A stretch of DNA of 64,000 bases. Origin: Thermoproteota archaeon (GTDB lineage Archaea; Korarchaeota; Korarchaeia; Korarchaeales; Korarchaeaceae). The notes beneath the pieces are model-generated. The model worked only from the letters and a program-made list of their open reading frames with translations. It made no database searches and was not told the origin of the DNA. This document shows, piece after piece, positions 28,730 through 38,796 of this stretch. The translations under genes and the position numbers were made by a program. Position 1 is the first letter of the stretch; each line of letters opens with the position of its first letter. The stretch is from assembly GCA_026986575.1 (NCBI GenBank), contig JALSOH010000004.1, forward strand, positions 32,001 through 96,000, written 5' to 3'.

Positions 28730-29905
28730 CTAGCTAGCTTGATCACTCCCATTAATAAGATTGGCTAGGGAGGCGAACACCACCGAGCCCGCTATGAGGG
28801 CCAAATCCAGTTGGCTGAATCCTATCTCGGCCCTCGTAATGAGTATAGGCCATATTATGCTGTATGAGAATAGATCATTGCCTCCCTCCATTGATAGTCG
28901 GTAGCTGTATCCCGAGAGGAACCCTACCAGCACGGAGAGGACCGTCATGCCTATCAGGCCCAGATCCACAAGTAAGCCGATGAACATGGTGGGCGTGATC
29001 CCGTAAGCCTTGCCGAAGATCCCCCTGCCCAAGGATTGCGATGGGTGCAGGGGTATGGATGAGAGCCAAAAGGGCCCGTATGGAGGTAGTGGTGTCAGGA
29101 AGTAGCTGCACAACTCTTTCGAGTAATAATAGGTAGTTGTGAGCCTGAAAGCAATCCTCTCATAGGTTGGCACGTGAACGTACGACCTCGCCTCCCCGAC
29201 AACGATGAATAGCGCTAGGAGGATAACCATGAGTGCGAAGCCCTGGGGATCCCTCCTCCTGACCAGAAGCAGGAAGGTGGACAGGATCACCAAGAAGACA
29301 TCCGCCCTGAATCCGTGGAGTATCATCAACCCGGAGGTCAGGGACAAGAAGGCCCAAGGAAGGAGTTTGCGTCTGCCTTCCATCAACCGCCACAACAGGC
29401 TCGGGTAGGAGATGAAGATCAGGAACATTCCGAAAGCTCCCTCGACGGGAGTCAGCGGTAGCTCCCTTATGACCTCCCAGTCTCCATATTGGAGGAATGA
29501 GTGCACGACGAAGAAGGTTCCAGAGGCGTAAACCAAGAGTTGGAAGACGGGTATCTCACCCTTGCTGTGTGCAATGATGTAGGCGGCCAAGTTGAGCGCG
29601 GCCACCCACGTCAGGGCTATTAGGGGGTAGAGAGGAGTTATTTCCCTGAAGGAAACTGCCAATACGGTGATCACTAGGGCTTCACCGATGACGAGTGATA
29701 CCTTATGCAATTTCCTGTCGCCGACCTTGGAAGCACCGATAAGGCCAGACTGGAAGGCTAGAACGCCCAACCCGGATACCAACACCCACCCGTAATCCAG
29801 CCCGTAACTTCGAGAGCCCAGTAGGAGGATCGCCACTAGGATCGTGGATATGCCTATCGTGGGGTGCACTGAGACGAGGTATATCACCTCTCTGAGCGAT
29901 CTCAT
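28730..29905 (-). CDS. Polytopic membrane protein, Wzy/oligosaccharide repeat unit polymerase-like (divergent paralog)
   Basis: About 11 TM segments; GFR, ITPTMF..VDLG and AEIG motifs parallel the upstream paralog; ATG at 29905 coupled to upstream stop. Confidence 0.6.
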   Translation of the reverse strand: MRSLREVIYLVSVHPTIGISTILVAILLLGSRSYGLDYGWVLVSGLGVLAFQSGLIGASKVGDRKLHKVSLVIGEALVITVLAVSFREITPLYPLIALTWVAALNLAAYIIAHSKGEIPVFQLLVYASGTFFVVHSFLQYGDWEVIRELPLTPVEGAFGMFLIFISYPSLLWRLMEGRRKLLPWAFLSLTSGLMILHGFRADVFLVILSTFLLLVRRRDPQGFALMVILLALFIVVGEARSYVHVPTYERIAFRLTTTYYYSKELCSYFLTPLPPYGPFWLSSIPLHPSQSLGRGIFGKAYGITPTMFIGLLVDLGLIGMTVLSVLVGFLSGYSYRLSMEGGNDLFSYSIIWPILITRAEIGFSQLDLALIAGSVVFASLANLINGSDQAS

Positions 29906-31206
29906 TTCTCCGGCCTCAGGGAGGTGAGAAGGACCATCGCAGCGAGGAGGAGGTAGAGGTATATGTTGATGTCCAGTATTCCCGTCTCTATCCCGACGAC
30001 CAAGTAGGCGAACAGCACCGAATAGGGACCAAGCAGGTAGTCTGCTTTCTTGGAGAACCTGTAAGCTAGGGCCAGTAGATAGGAGAAGATAAGGGAAGCT
30101 GCTACCGCTCCTAATATTCCCCAATCCAAGAGAGGCCCTCCTATCAAGGTCGCCGTAGTTGATACAGTCCTCCTACCTCCCACGTAGATGCTTATCAAGG
30201 TTCTAGGGCCGTAACGCGTACCCCTGATGAGTCCAAGGGAGGATAGAGCCGCTAGATGCACCCAACCACCGGTAACCGGTCTGAGGGCGTAGAGCCTGAC
30301 TATCGTGTCAAGGGCCGCTATCGTGATGGTCGGCCTGTAGAGAACTGAGAGAAGTGGGTTTTGAGCCAATCCCGTGGTCAGCGATCTGATCGCACCTACT
30401 CCGAGGAAGAAAGCGGCAGCCACCAGCAGTCCCAAGAAAACTTGCTTGTAATTGACCATCTTCCTGTGATAAAGGACGGCGAGGGCCATCAGTATGTAAG
30501 CTATCATCTCAGTCCTGAAAGCTAAGAAAAACGAGGGGATAAACCCAATCAGGGTCAATGAGTAGGCCTCGCACTTTCTCAAATCCAACGAGGAGAGGAG
30601 GAACGCGGTGCCGGGAACGGTGGTCCAAGCGAGGTAGTTGAGGAGGGGAGACAGACCCCTCCTGAGCTCATCGTTCAAGAGAGGGAGGCCTCCCACCCTA
30701 GATATCTGCATGATGAAAGCTATGTAACCTAACAGGAACATGGCAGCACCGAGGAGGATAACTAACCCCCTGTTATCGATAACACGAAGGTCTTCCTCCT
30801 TGTAGGCTAGGAAGATCCCCGAAGCCATCACGAGTACGGTGAAATAGATTAGGATCATGGTTAAGGTCGAGACCCTGACCATTGACGACCAGAAGAACAG
30901 GAGAAAGCCTAAAGGGAGCATCCACGGGGAGAGCAGTATCTCCACCAACCTATCCAGAGGGAGACCTATCCTCCACCGCGGAGCTAGCTTGCCCACCCCT
31001 GAGGTGAGTGGATTGATGAGGTTGCAGGTCCTCCTAAGAGCTTTCAGGAAGATGGAGGATCGGGCAGCTGATGATAGGATTTCGTACGAGGTGACAAGGA
31101 GCCTGTAGGTTAGGCTGGTCCTGACTAATTTAGGTATACCGAGTCTCCTCCATATTCTCCCCAAGATGGAAGTGCTGAACGCTCTTAGTAGAAGGGAAAT
31201 CAGCAA
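29902..31206 (-). CDS. Oligosaccharide repeat unit polymerase (Wzy-like) family membrane protein
   Basis: GGLPLL..LR, AFRT, GPR, TATLIGGPLLDWG, GIETG motifs typical of the archaeal O-antigen-polymerase-like family. Confidence 0.7.
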   Translation of the reverse strand: MLISLLLRAFSTSILGRIWRRLGIPKLVRTSLTYRLLVTSYEILSSAARSSIFLKALRRTCNLINPLTSGVGKLAPRWRIGLPLDRLVEILLSPWMLPLGFLLFFWSSMVRVSTLTMILIYFTVLVMASGIFLAYKEEDLRVIDNRGLVILLGAAMFLLGYIAFIMQISRVGGLPLLNDELRRGLSPLLNYLAWTTVPGTAFLLSSLDLRKCEAYSLTLIGFIPSFFLAFRTEMIAYILMALAVLYHRKMVNYKQVFLGLLVAAAFFLGVGAIRSLTTGLAQNPLLSVLYRPTITIAALDTIVRLYALRPVTGGWVHLAALSSLGLIRGTRYGPRTLISIYVGGRRTVSTTATLIGGPLLDWGILGAVAASLIFSYLLALAYRFSKKADYLLGPYSVLFAYLVVGIETGILDINIYLYLLLAAMVLLTSLRPEK

Positions 31207-31216
31207 AGTGATCCCC

Positions 31217-32101
31217 CTATGGCTTGGGGATGAATGTCAGCCTAGTAACATCTATGGCGTCCGACAGGGGTCGCGCGTTATCTAGCAGGTTGGCATACAC
31301 CGAGACTCCTGTAAGTGGTTCATCCGTGCCAATGTAAACGTAAGCAGCGTCCAGCATGGCGTTGGTGTAATTAACCCCCAGCTCCCTGAGTATCGAATCA
31401 ATCTCCCTCAAATCATCGGATGTGAGGGCCACCTTCTGCGTGTAGTCGAATTTCATTGTTATGAAAGAGTCACCCAAGTAAACGTATATGAAGCCCCAAG
31501 GGATTCTCTCGTAGATCTTCCACTTAAGCTGAGTGTAAAGGTACGCGCTCGGTTTGAGGCCGGGCACGTCAATGACCAGTGAGGACCTAGCCTTCACAAC
31601 CCTGACGCCGTACTCCCCCGCTACCTTTCCGCTTATTTCCTCAAGCTTGTCCGCTATCTTGCTAACACTGTCAGCCTTTATCGGATAGGTGTAGATCCTG
31701 ATGACTGAGGGGGCGGTCGTCTTGAAGGTTATTTTCGAGGCTGCTATGTCCTCCACGTAAGCATTCGGACCCCCGATGGTTATCCTCTTACCTTTGTACC
31801 ATCCAAAAAGTCTCGTCTCATAAGACCAAGTTATGAGGACATCATCATGGAACTCCGTCCCGTTGGTGGTCCACACGCCGTCTATCCTAGCCTCGACTAT
31901 GTATCCCATGGTGGAAAGTCTGGTGAACTCCAAGGCCGCATTTCTGATATTGAGGCCGGAGTACGCGTTGACCTCCTGAGGTGGGGGAAGTAGGTTCTCA
32001 TAGGCGTAATAGCCAGCGAATGCGACGATTATTAGAATTAAAAAAAGATCGAAGGCGTTAACGCCAAAGATCTTGCCGCTTTTCCTGTCTATTAGCCTCA
32101 T
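31217..32101 (-). CDS. Membrane-anchored protein with DUF4330-like N-terminus
   Basis: MRLIDRKSGKIFGVNAFD followed by one TM helix and a soluble beta-rich domain. Confidence 0.55.
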   Translation of the reverse strand: MRLIDRKSGKIFGVNAFDLFLILIIVAFAGYYAYENLLPPPQEVNAYSGLNIRNAALEFTRLSTMGYIVEARIDGVWTTNGTEFHDDVLITWSYETRLFGWYKGKRITIGGPNAYVEDIAASKITFKTTAPSVIRIYTYPIKADSVSKIADKLEEISGKVAGEYGVRVVKARSSLVIDVPGLKPSAYLYTQLKWKIYERIPWGFIYVYLGDSFITMKFDYTQKVALTSDDLREIDSILRELGVNYTNAMLDAAYVYIGTDEPLTGVSVYANLLDNARPLSDAIDVTRLTFIPKP

Positions 32102-32110
32102 CCCGCGTTT

Positions 32111-33772
32111 TCAGTCGAACTCAGATTTAAACTCACTGCCGCCCTCCTCTTCTCCTTCCTCGCCCTTACCTTTACCCTTCTCCTCGTAAGGCTTCGCCGC
32201 GATTATGTCGTCGGTCTTGATTATCAGTATAGCAGTCTCAGTAGCAGCAGCTATGGCGTTCTTGACTCCTCTGTAGGTGTCGACCACGCCCAGCTCCTTC
32301 ATGTCGGCGATCTTGCTGTTCACCGCATCTATTCCGACGAATATGTTCCCGGACTTGTGGGCGTTCCTTATCTCCACTAACGCATCCACGGCATCCATTC
32401 CGGAGTTCTCAGCAAGTATCCTAGGTATGCTCTCCAACGCGTTGGCGAAGGCCTCCATGGCTAGCTGCTCCTTGCTCTTCTCGGTGTGAGCGTAGTCCTT
32501 CAGCCTGAGGGCCAGCTCGGCCTGTATGGAGCCGCCTCCGTAGAACACCTTGCCGTCCTCCACGACGTTCCTCACCACATACAGAGCGTCCTTCAGGCCC
32601 CTCTCGGCCTCATCCAGTATGGTATCGGCGCCCGCCCTGAGGAGTATGGTCACGGCCTTGGGGTTCTCGCACTCCTGTATGAAGATCATTCTATCATCTC
32701 CTATCTTCCTCTCCTCGACCAGGCCGGCGTGACCCAGCTCGGCCTCAGTGAGGTCGTCCAAGTTGTTCACTATCTTTCCACCGGTTGCCTTCTCTATCCT
32801 CTGCATGTCCTTCTCGCTGACCCTCCTCACGGCCATTATGCCGTGCTTCGCTAGGAAGTGCTGGGCCACCTCATCTATGCCCTTTTGGCAGAACACCACG
32901 TTCGCTCCGGTGGCAGCTATCTTCTCCACCTTCTCCCTGAGTATCCTAGTCTCCTGCTCTATGAACTCCCTGAGCTCCTGAGGCGAGGATATCTGGATCT
33001 CCAAGTCAATCTCGGGCTTCTTTATCTCCAAGGAGAGGTTGAGTATTGCTATCTTGGCGTCCTTCACCCTCTTGGGCATGTCCCTGTGTACTACCTCCTT
33101 ATCGAGAACGACGCCCCTTATGAACTCGGTATCAGAGAGGCTCCCTCCCTTCTTCTTGACTATCTTGACGTTGTCTATGTCTACATATCTCTTGTCCCCT
33201 TTCCTCTCCTCAACAGCCTTGACAGCCTTGACGGCAATCTCGGCCAGCTTCTTCTTCTCGGCACTTATGAGCTTGCTGCTCATGGCGGTCTCAGCCACCT
33301 TCTTCAGCCACTCCTCGTCGTCTGGATTGACCTCTATGGCCAGCTTCTCCAGCTCCTGCTCCACGAACTTGAGGGCCTTCTCATATCCATCTATTATGAT
33401 AGTCGGATGTATGTCCTTCTGGAGGAGGTTCTCGGCCTCAGTGAGGAGCTCCCCGGCTAGCACAACGCTGGTGGTGGTGCCGTCACCTACCTCCTTATCC
33501 TGAGCCTTGGCCAGATTGACCATAAGCTTCGCAGCGGGATGGGCTACCTCCATCTCCTGCAGAATGGTGGCTCCGTCGTTGCTTATGGTGATGTCCCCCA
33601 AGGAGTCGACTATCATCTTATCCATTCCCTTGGGCCCTAGGGTGGTCTTCACGGCATCCGCTATCGCGCGAGCGGCCATTATGTTTATCCTCCTAGCCTC
33701 CTCACCCCGGGTCCTAGTGGTTCCCTCCTTCAGTATCAGGACGGGTCTTCCTCCTATAGTCGCTAGGGCCAT
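32111..33772 (-). CDS. ths: Thermosome (group II chaperonin) subunit
   Basis: TLGPKGMDKM, NDGATIL, GDGTTT, QKGID, DEAER motifs. Confidence 0.98.
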   Translation of the reverse strand: MALATIGGRPVLILKEGTTRTRGEEARRINIMAARAIADAVKTTLGPKGMDKMIVDSLGDITISNDGATILQEMEVAHPAAKLMVNLAKAQDKEVGDGTTTSVVLAGELLTEAENLLQKDIHPTIIIDGYEKALKFVEQELEKLAIEVNPDDEEWLKKVAETAMSSKLISAEKKKLAEIAVKAVKAVEERKGDKRYVDIDNVKIVKKKGGSLSDTEFIRGVVLDKEVVHRDMPKRVKDAKIAILNLSLEIKKPEIDLEIQISSPQELREFIEQETRILREKVEKIAATGANVVFCQKGIDEVAQHFLAKHGIMAVRRVSEKDMQRIEKATGGKIVNNLDDLTEAELGHAGLVEERKIGDDRMIFIQECENPKAVTILLRAGADTILDEAERGLKDALYVVRNVVEDGKVFYGGGSIQAELALRLKDYAHTEKSKEQLAMEAFANALESIPRILAENSGMDAVDALVEIRNAHKSGNIFVGIDAVNSKIADMKELGVVDTYRGVKNAIAAATETAILIIKTDDIIAAKPYEEKGKGKGEEGEEEGGSEFKSEFD

Positions 33773-33897
33773 CAACAATCACCTCCTGTGCTATGCGACT
33801 TTACACTTGCCAAATACAGGCATGAGTCATGAACAACCATGAGTTATAAAAATTACCACATCCCGTAGAAAACAAAGGAGTGAAGAGAGGGCCCAGT

Positions 33898-34713
33898 ATG
33901 GTGAGAGTGGGGATAATAGGGGGCAGTGGTATTTACAGGTTGTTGGAGAATCCAGTAAGGAGGGTACTGAGCACTCCCTTCGGTGAAGCAACAGTCTTCC
34001 TAGGGGAGTTCGGAGGGGAGGAGATAGCTTTCATACCCCGACACGGTGAGAAGCACGAGATCCCTCCCTTCAAAGTCAATTACAGAGCTAATCTCTACGC
34101 TCTGAACCTGTTAGGAGTTGAGAGGATCATGGCTACAAATGCTGTCGGGGCGATCAACCCGGAACTGGCTCCTGGGACCTTTGTCATTCCTGATGACTTC
34201 ATAGATTTAACTAAATGTAGGGAAGTAACGTTCTATGATGGAAAAACAATTCTCAAAGTAAGGGGCAGAGAAGTGGGGGGTGTGGTCCACGTATCCATGA
34301 CCCCCTATACCTACTGCCCGGAGATAAGGGGTGCATTAAAGGAGGCAGCTCAGGAGCTGGATTTGGAGATCGTAGACAGAGGTGTTTACGTATGCGCAGA
34401 GGGAAACCGGTTTGAGACACCAGCTGAGATAAGGGCTATGAGGATATTGGGCGGTGACATAGTCGGAATGACTGGATGCCCCGAAGCCGCGCTCGCTAGG
34501 GAGTTGGCCATGTGTTACGCTAGCATCTCCGTGGTGACTAACTATGCTGCTGGTGTCGGCGGCAGAGTCAAACTCACGCATGAAGAGGTCCTAGAGACAT
34601 TCTCCAAGAGGATAAAAGATCTTTCAGAGATCCTCAAGAGGGCAGTAGGGAAGATACCGGTCAAGAGGTCCTGTCCGTGCGGTGAAGCATTGGACGAGTT
34701 CCTCGGTAAATGA
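33898..34713 (+). CDS. MTAP/PNP family phosphorylase, likely 6-oxopurine/methylthioinosine type
   Basis: GIIGGSG, PRHG, NYRAN, FETPAEI, VGMT; VTNYAAG has Asn where adenine-specific MTAPs have Asp; C-terminal CxC. Confidence 0.88.
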   Translation: MVRVGIIGGSGIYRLLENPVRRVLSTPFGEATVFLGEFGGEEIAFIPRHGEKHEIPPFKVNYRANLYALNLLGVERIMATNAVGAINPELAPGTFVIPDDFIDLTKCREVTFYDGKTILKVRGREVGGVVHVSMTPYTYCPEIRGALKEAAQELDLEIVDRGVYVCAEGNRFETPAEIRAMRILGGDIVGMTGCPEAALARELAMCYASISVVTNYAAGVGGRVKLTHEEVLETFSKRIKDLSEILKRAVGKIPVKRSCPCGEALDEFLGK

Positions 34714-34821
34714 TTGTCAATATTTTTGACTAAATATGACGCGCGTGTAGTTCATACTATATGGATTTTTAATTTCTCACTGGCCGGGTTCCGAGATCAG
34801 GGGAACCACGAGGTGGCACTC

Positions 34822-36030
34822 TTGAGGACGAGAAAGGTCTTGACGCTGGACGATCTCTCTCTGGATGGCAAGAAGGTCTTTCTAAGGGCCGATATGAATG
34901 TCCCCATCGGGGAGAATGGGGAGATCATGAACAACGAGAAGATCAAGCAGGCCGCGAAGACCCTCAAGGAGCTCATAGAGAGGGGATCCTCCGTGGTTAT
35001 CGGTACCCATCAGGGGAGACCCGGAAGTAGCGACTTCATAAGCACAGAACCTCACGCACAGGAGCTCAGCAAGGAGGTAGGTCTAGAGGTTAGATATGTA
35101 GATGGCGTCATATCCAAGGAGATAAGGGAGCAGATAAAGAAGCTAGAGCAAGGTGAGGTCCTCCTACTAGAGAACCTGAGGTTCATGGCGGAGGAGAACA
35201 TAGAGGGGGATCCTCGGGATCTCATCAAGACGCACTTCGTCCAGAGACTCGCGCCTCTCTTCAATATATACATCAATGACGCCTTCCAAGCGGCACACAG
35301 GAGTCAGCCATCTCTGGTCGCGTTCCCTTACTTGATGCCAGCCGCGGCCGGAAGGAACATGCAGAAGATGATAGCTGAGATGGCGGAGATCGATGCGATT
35401 AGGGGAAGGAGGATCTTCATACTGGGGGGCGCCAAGGTCAGCGATAAGCTGAAGGTCATGGTCCACGCCATAAGGAACGGGAAGGCAGCGGAGGTCCTGA
35501 CCGGCGGGCTCCTCGGTATCATTATCGCTCATGCGGCGGGCCACAAGCTCAATGGAGATCTTAAGAAGATAAGGGACTTGGACCTCCTCCTGCCCGCTGC
35601 TAGGGAGATACTTAGGCTGGGGGAGGGGAGGGTCTTCTACCCTGTGGACTTCGTCGTGAAGATGAGGGACGGCAGCTTGGAAAATGTGCCGGTTTACGCT
35701 GTGCCGGAGGACGGCAAGATAATAGATATAGGCTCGGGTACGATAGAGATATACAAGGAGAGATTGAAGGGAGCTGATTTGGCTGTGGCTAACGGGCCTA
35801 TGGGCATCTTTGAGAGGCCAGAGTCCCGGAGGGGTACTCTGGAGATAGTCAAGGCCATGGAGAAGTACGCCAAGGAGTCCGTACTCTGCGGCGGGCACCT
35901 CAGTACCGCAGCTAACATGGCTGGAATAAAGGGTAGCAGGGTTTACACGGCTGGTGGGGCCGTGCTCTACGGGCTAGCAGGCCTCCCCCTGCCAGCAGTA
36001 GATGCTCTCAGGGAGAGTAGTAGGAGATGA
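34822..36030 (+). CDS. pgk: Phosphoglycerate kinase
   Basis: RADMNVP, HQGRP, LLENLRF, NDAFQAAHR, GGAKVSD, NGPMGIFE; TTG start after GAGGTG. Confidence 0.93.
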   Translation: MRTRKVLTLDDLSLDGKKVFLRADMNVPIGENGEIMNNEKIKQAAKTLKELIERGSSVVIGTHQGRPGSSDFISTEPHAQELSKEVGLEVRYVDGVISKEIREQIKKLEQGEVLLLENLRFMAEENIEGDPRDLIKTHFVQRLAPLFNIYINDAFQAAHRSQPSLVAFPYLMPAAAGRNMQKMIAEMAEIDAIRGRRIFILGGAKVSDKLKVMVHAIRNGKAAEVLTGGLLGIIIAHAAGHKLNGDLKKIRDLDLLLPAAREILRLGEGRVFYPVDFVVKMRDGSLENVPVYAVPEDGKIIDIGSGTIEIYKERLKGADLAVANGPMGIFERPESRRGTLEIVKAMEKYAKESVLCGGHLSTAANMAGIKGSRVYTAGGAVLYGLAGLPLPAVDALRESSRR

Positions 36031-36782
36031 TGAGAGTAGGGATAGTGGGCCATGATCCCTACACTATTCCCATTGCTGATTGTCTGGAGAGGCAGCCGGA
36101 CATTAAGGTAATTGGCGCCTATAACCACGATATAACTCCTTTCTCTCGACCGATTTCTAAAAGGCTGAATATTTACTGCAGTGAATCCAGCTTGGAGCTC
36201 TTCAAGGAGATGGGGATAAAGGTATCCGGTTTCTTGGACGACTTCATAGAGGGGACCGATGCCTTCTTGGAGTATAGTGTAAAGGAGTACTCCGTGAGAA
36301 TCTCCTACGGCAGCTCAGGTATGATTGTAAAGCCCTACGAAGTACTGCTGGAGAGGTTATCTTTAGGTCTTCCCCTTCAGGACATCTCCATGGAGGAGAT
36401 ACGTGACGAACTTTTTTGCTGCCCGTACTTCAGGGCGTTTCGTTTAACTGTGAAGTTGAGAGACGATCTAAGCTTGGGAGAGGTTAGAGAATCTCTCCTC
36501 AGGTCTTCCAGAGTGGTGGGCATCTCCGGCCGAGATCTATACCTGCAGGATCTGTGCGCCTTCCTCCCGGTATCCTTCCCTCACTCCATCTTCTCCGTGA
36601 ATGCCCTCCTCAGCTCAGTGAAGGTGGCGGGGGAGGAGGTTGAGATGATCTCCCTGCTGGGATACCTGCTCCCCTTACCGGAGGTTGTGGATACCCTGAG
36701 GGAGTCGGAAGGTGTTAAGAGGGAGTTCTCCCGGTCGATGACCGATGAATACCTAAGTATTAAAGGCGGGCTGATCATCTAG
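36027..36782 (+). CDS. Truncated, apparently inactive homolog of archaeal type II GAPDH
   Basis: N-terminal RVGIVG..IADCLERQPDIKVIG and C-terminal PEVVDTLR..SRSMTDEYLSI align by eye with archaeal GAPDH ends; no GYGTIG and no SCNT motif; 251 aa. Confidence 0.65.
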   Translation: MMRVGIVGHDPYTIPIADCLERQPDIKVIGAYNHDITPFSRPISKRLNIYCSESSLELFKEMGIKVSGFLDDFIEGTDAFLEYSVKEYSVRISYGSSGMIVKPYEVLLERLSLGLPLQDISMEEIRDELFCCPYFRAFRLTVKLRDDLSLGEVRESLLRSSRVVGISGRDLYLQDLCAFLPVSFPHSIFSVNALLSSVKVAGEEVEMISLLGYLLPLPEVVDTLRESEGVKREFSRSMTDEYLSIKGGLII

Positions 36783-36804
36783 AGTGTGAGAGGAGGGGAT
36801 CTCC

Positions 36805-38796
36805 TTGGAGGAAATGCAGGAACGTAGTCCAACTGGAGGTGCGTTCACCTTCAGGTCTATAACTCTCTCCTTGGCCTTCGGCTTGTTCATGCTCTTCGCT
36901 CAGACGGTCATGAGGAGCGCGGCCGGTTACAGCTGGACCGGCGAGGCCGCTCTGGTGGTACTCACCGTGGCCTACGCCCTCTCCACTGTGAAGGGCAATC
37001 CCTTGTCTATCGGGGAAATGGGCGTCATATTCGGGTCCATAGAGGTCATCACCGTGCTGTTCGTTGGTTGGCAGTACATTCTGCCCTCTTGGGCCAGAGC
37101 TGGACTCGCTAAAGATTTCCCTTTGAGAGGAATACTGCCTGAGTTCTTAGTTCCCAAGGATCAGGAGGCCCTAAGAGCTCTACTGTTAGGTGGGAGGGTC
37201 AACTGGTCTGCTTGGATACTCCCCCTGACCTACGCCGTTCTCTTCGCTGTAATCCTGTCCCTATTCTCCTACCTTAACATCATACCCTTCAGGAGATTTT
37301 ACTTGGAGAAGGAGAAGCTGATCTTTCCAGTGGCCACGGTCAGCGCCAAGTTCTCTCAACTGGTTAAGGAGAGAAGAGGGGGTCTCAGGTGGCTGTGGCT
37401 CGGCGTATTGGCTGGATTCAGCATCAGCCTCTTCCAGAAGGGACACCTGCTCCAAGCAATATGGGAGGACTTCCCGGCTGCCGAGCTAAGGATCGATCTA
37501 ACACCTTGGCTCCAGCAGTTCTTCCCAGGAGGAGCCTTTGGCATGGATCCTGGGACTCAGATAACCCCAGATCTGCTGGCATGGGCGTTTCTCATACCCC
37601 TAGAGATTCAGGTGTCCATGTGGGCAACGGCCATCGTGGCCTTCCTCTTGGTTCCTCCCATCCTAGTGAGAATGGGTCTCCTGCCGTACGAACCAGGTCA
37701 CGATTTCGCTTTTTACTCCTCAAATGCTGCAGTGAACGGCCCTCTTCCGTGGTACCACATATCAACGGGTCTCTACCTAGCTGTGGGACTCATCCCCCTT
37801 ATACTCGGGTATAGGTACATCAGGGACAGTTGGAGGGCTTGGGAGGACGAGCCTCTAACGAGGAAGTGGCTCGTGATCGGATGGCTGCTCACCTTCGGCG
37901 CCAGTACTCTCATGATAATGGTTCTGGGGGTAAGCCCGCTCATAGCCTTGGTGCTCGTTATCCTACACCTCATGTACTGGCACGGCTACGTTTGGACGAT
38001 AGGAATGGGCAACTGGATAATCCCCGTGGATTTGGGTATCAGGGGTATCGTGGACAACGCGTTCTTCGCTTCAGGCATGTTCCAGCGCGCCTCCTCGGAT
38101 GCGTTCTTCTCAGGTGCGGCCTCAGCTATGATGACCGACGCGGCGTCGGCTCAACCCACTGCCTCGGCGGAGAGCTTCAAATACGCTAAGTCCATAGGGA
38201 TGAGGGCTAGGGAGATGTTCAAAGCCCAGCTCATGGGACTACTATTTGGGGCGGTGGTGGGAGGCGTCTTGCTGCTGGTGTCGTTCCACGCATGGGGAGC
38301 GGCGAAGAAGCCCCTAGACATGGCCTCTCCCATCTATCCGAATGTGGGTCTCCTCTCAGTGATGGGCGATTTAGCTGGATGGAAGCTGGAGTACTTCTTG
38401 GAGGGTCTTGCAATAGGGGCTATCGTCTTCCTGCTGAAGGGAGGCATACCTTGGCTCGGTATAAGCGCCGTTGGAGTGCTGTTCGGTCTCTTGATACCCC
38501 AGTACGCCATCCTCTACATGATATCCAGCCTGTTCAGATATCTGACGAGGAGATATGGAGGCCAAGAGTTCTTCTGGGAGACTGCAGTCCCCTTCGTGGC
38601 GGGATTCGCCATAGGAGGAGTCCTCAACGTCATGGGGACGAGCTTAGTGGTGATTATGAGGTCGAGCCCGCTCGAGCCCCTGGCCAGCATAGTCGGCGTG
38701 ATCATCCTGCTGACTGTGATCCTACCCTCCATTAGGGCCTACATGTCCTTCTCGCGTAAGGGGATTGAGGAGGAAATCGGGGAGGTGAGTGATTGA
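36805..38796 (+). CDS. OPT/YSL-like oligopeptide transporter family membrane protein
   Basis: About 16 TM segments, FTFRSI start and EKEKLIFP motif. Confidence 0.65.
   Translation: MEEMQERSPTGGAFTFRSITLSLAFGLFMLFAQTVMRSAAGYSWTGEAALVVLTVAYALSTVKGNPLSIGEMGVIFGSIEVITVLFVGWQYILPSWARAGLAKDFPLRGILPEFLVPKDQEALRALLLGGRVNWSAWILPLTYAVLFAVILSLFSYLNIIPFRRFYLEKEKLIFPVATVSAKFSQLVKERRGGLRWLWLGVLAGFSISLFQKGHLLQAIWEDFPAAELRIDLTPWLQQFFPGGAFGMDPGTQITPDLLAWAFLIPLEIQVSMWATAIVAFLLVPPILVRMGLLPYEPGHDFAFYSSNAAVNGPLPWYHISTGLYLAVGLIPLILGYRYIRDSWRAWEDEPLTRKWLVIGWLLTFGASTLMIMVLGVSPLIALVLVILHLMYWHGYVWTIGMGNWIIPVDLGIRGIVDNAFFASGMFQRASSDAFFSGAASAMMTDAASAQPTASAESFKYAKSIGMRAREMFKAQLMGLLFGAVVGGVLLLVSFHAWGAAKKPLDMASPIYPNVGLLSVMGDLAGWKLEYFLEGLAIGAIVFLLKGGIPWLGISAVGVLFGLLIPQYAILYMISSLFRYLTRRYGGQEFFWETAVPFVAGFAIGGVLNVMGTSLVVIMRSSPLEPLASIVGVIILLTVILPSIRAYMSFSRKGIEEEIGEVSD

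Noticed and set aside
29906-30124. N-terminal extension of the second Wzy-like ORF
   Set aside because: Overlaps the upstream paralog in another frame; a coupled ATG at 29905 is more plausible than a frameshift fusion.
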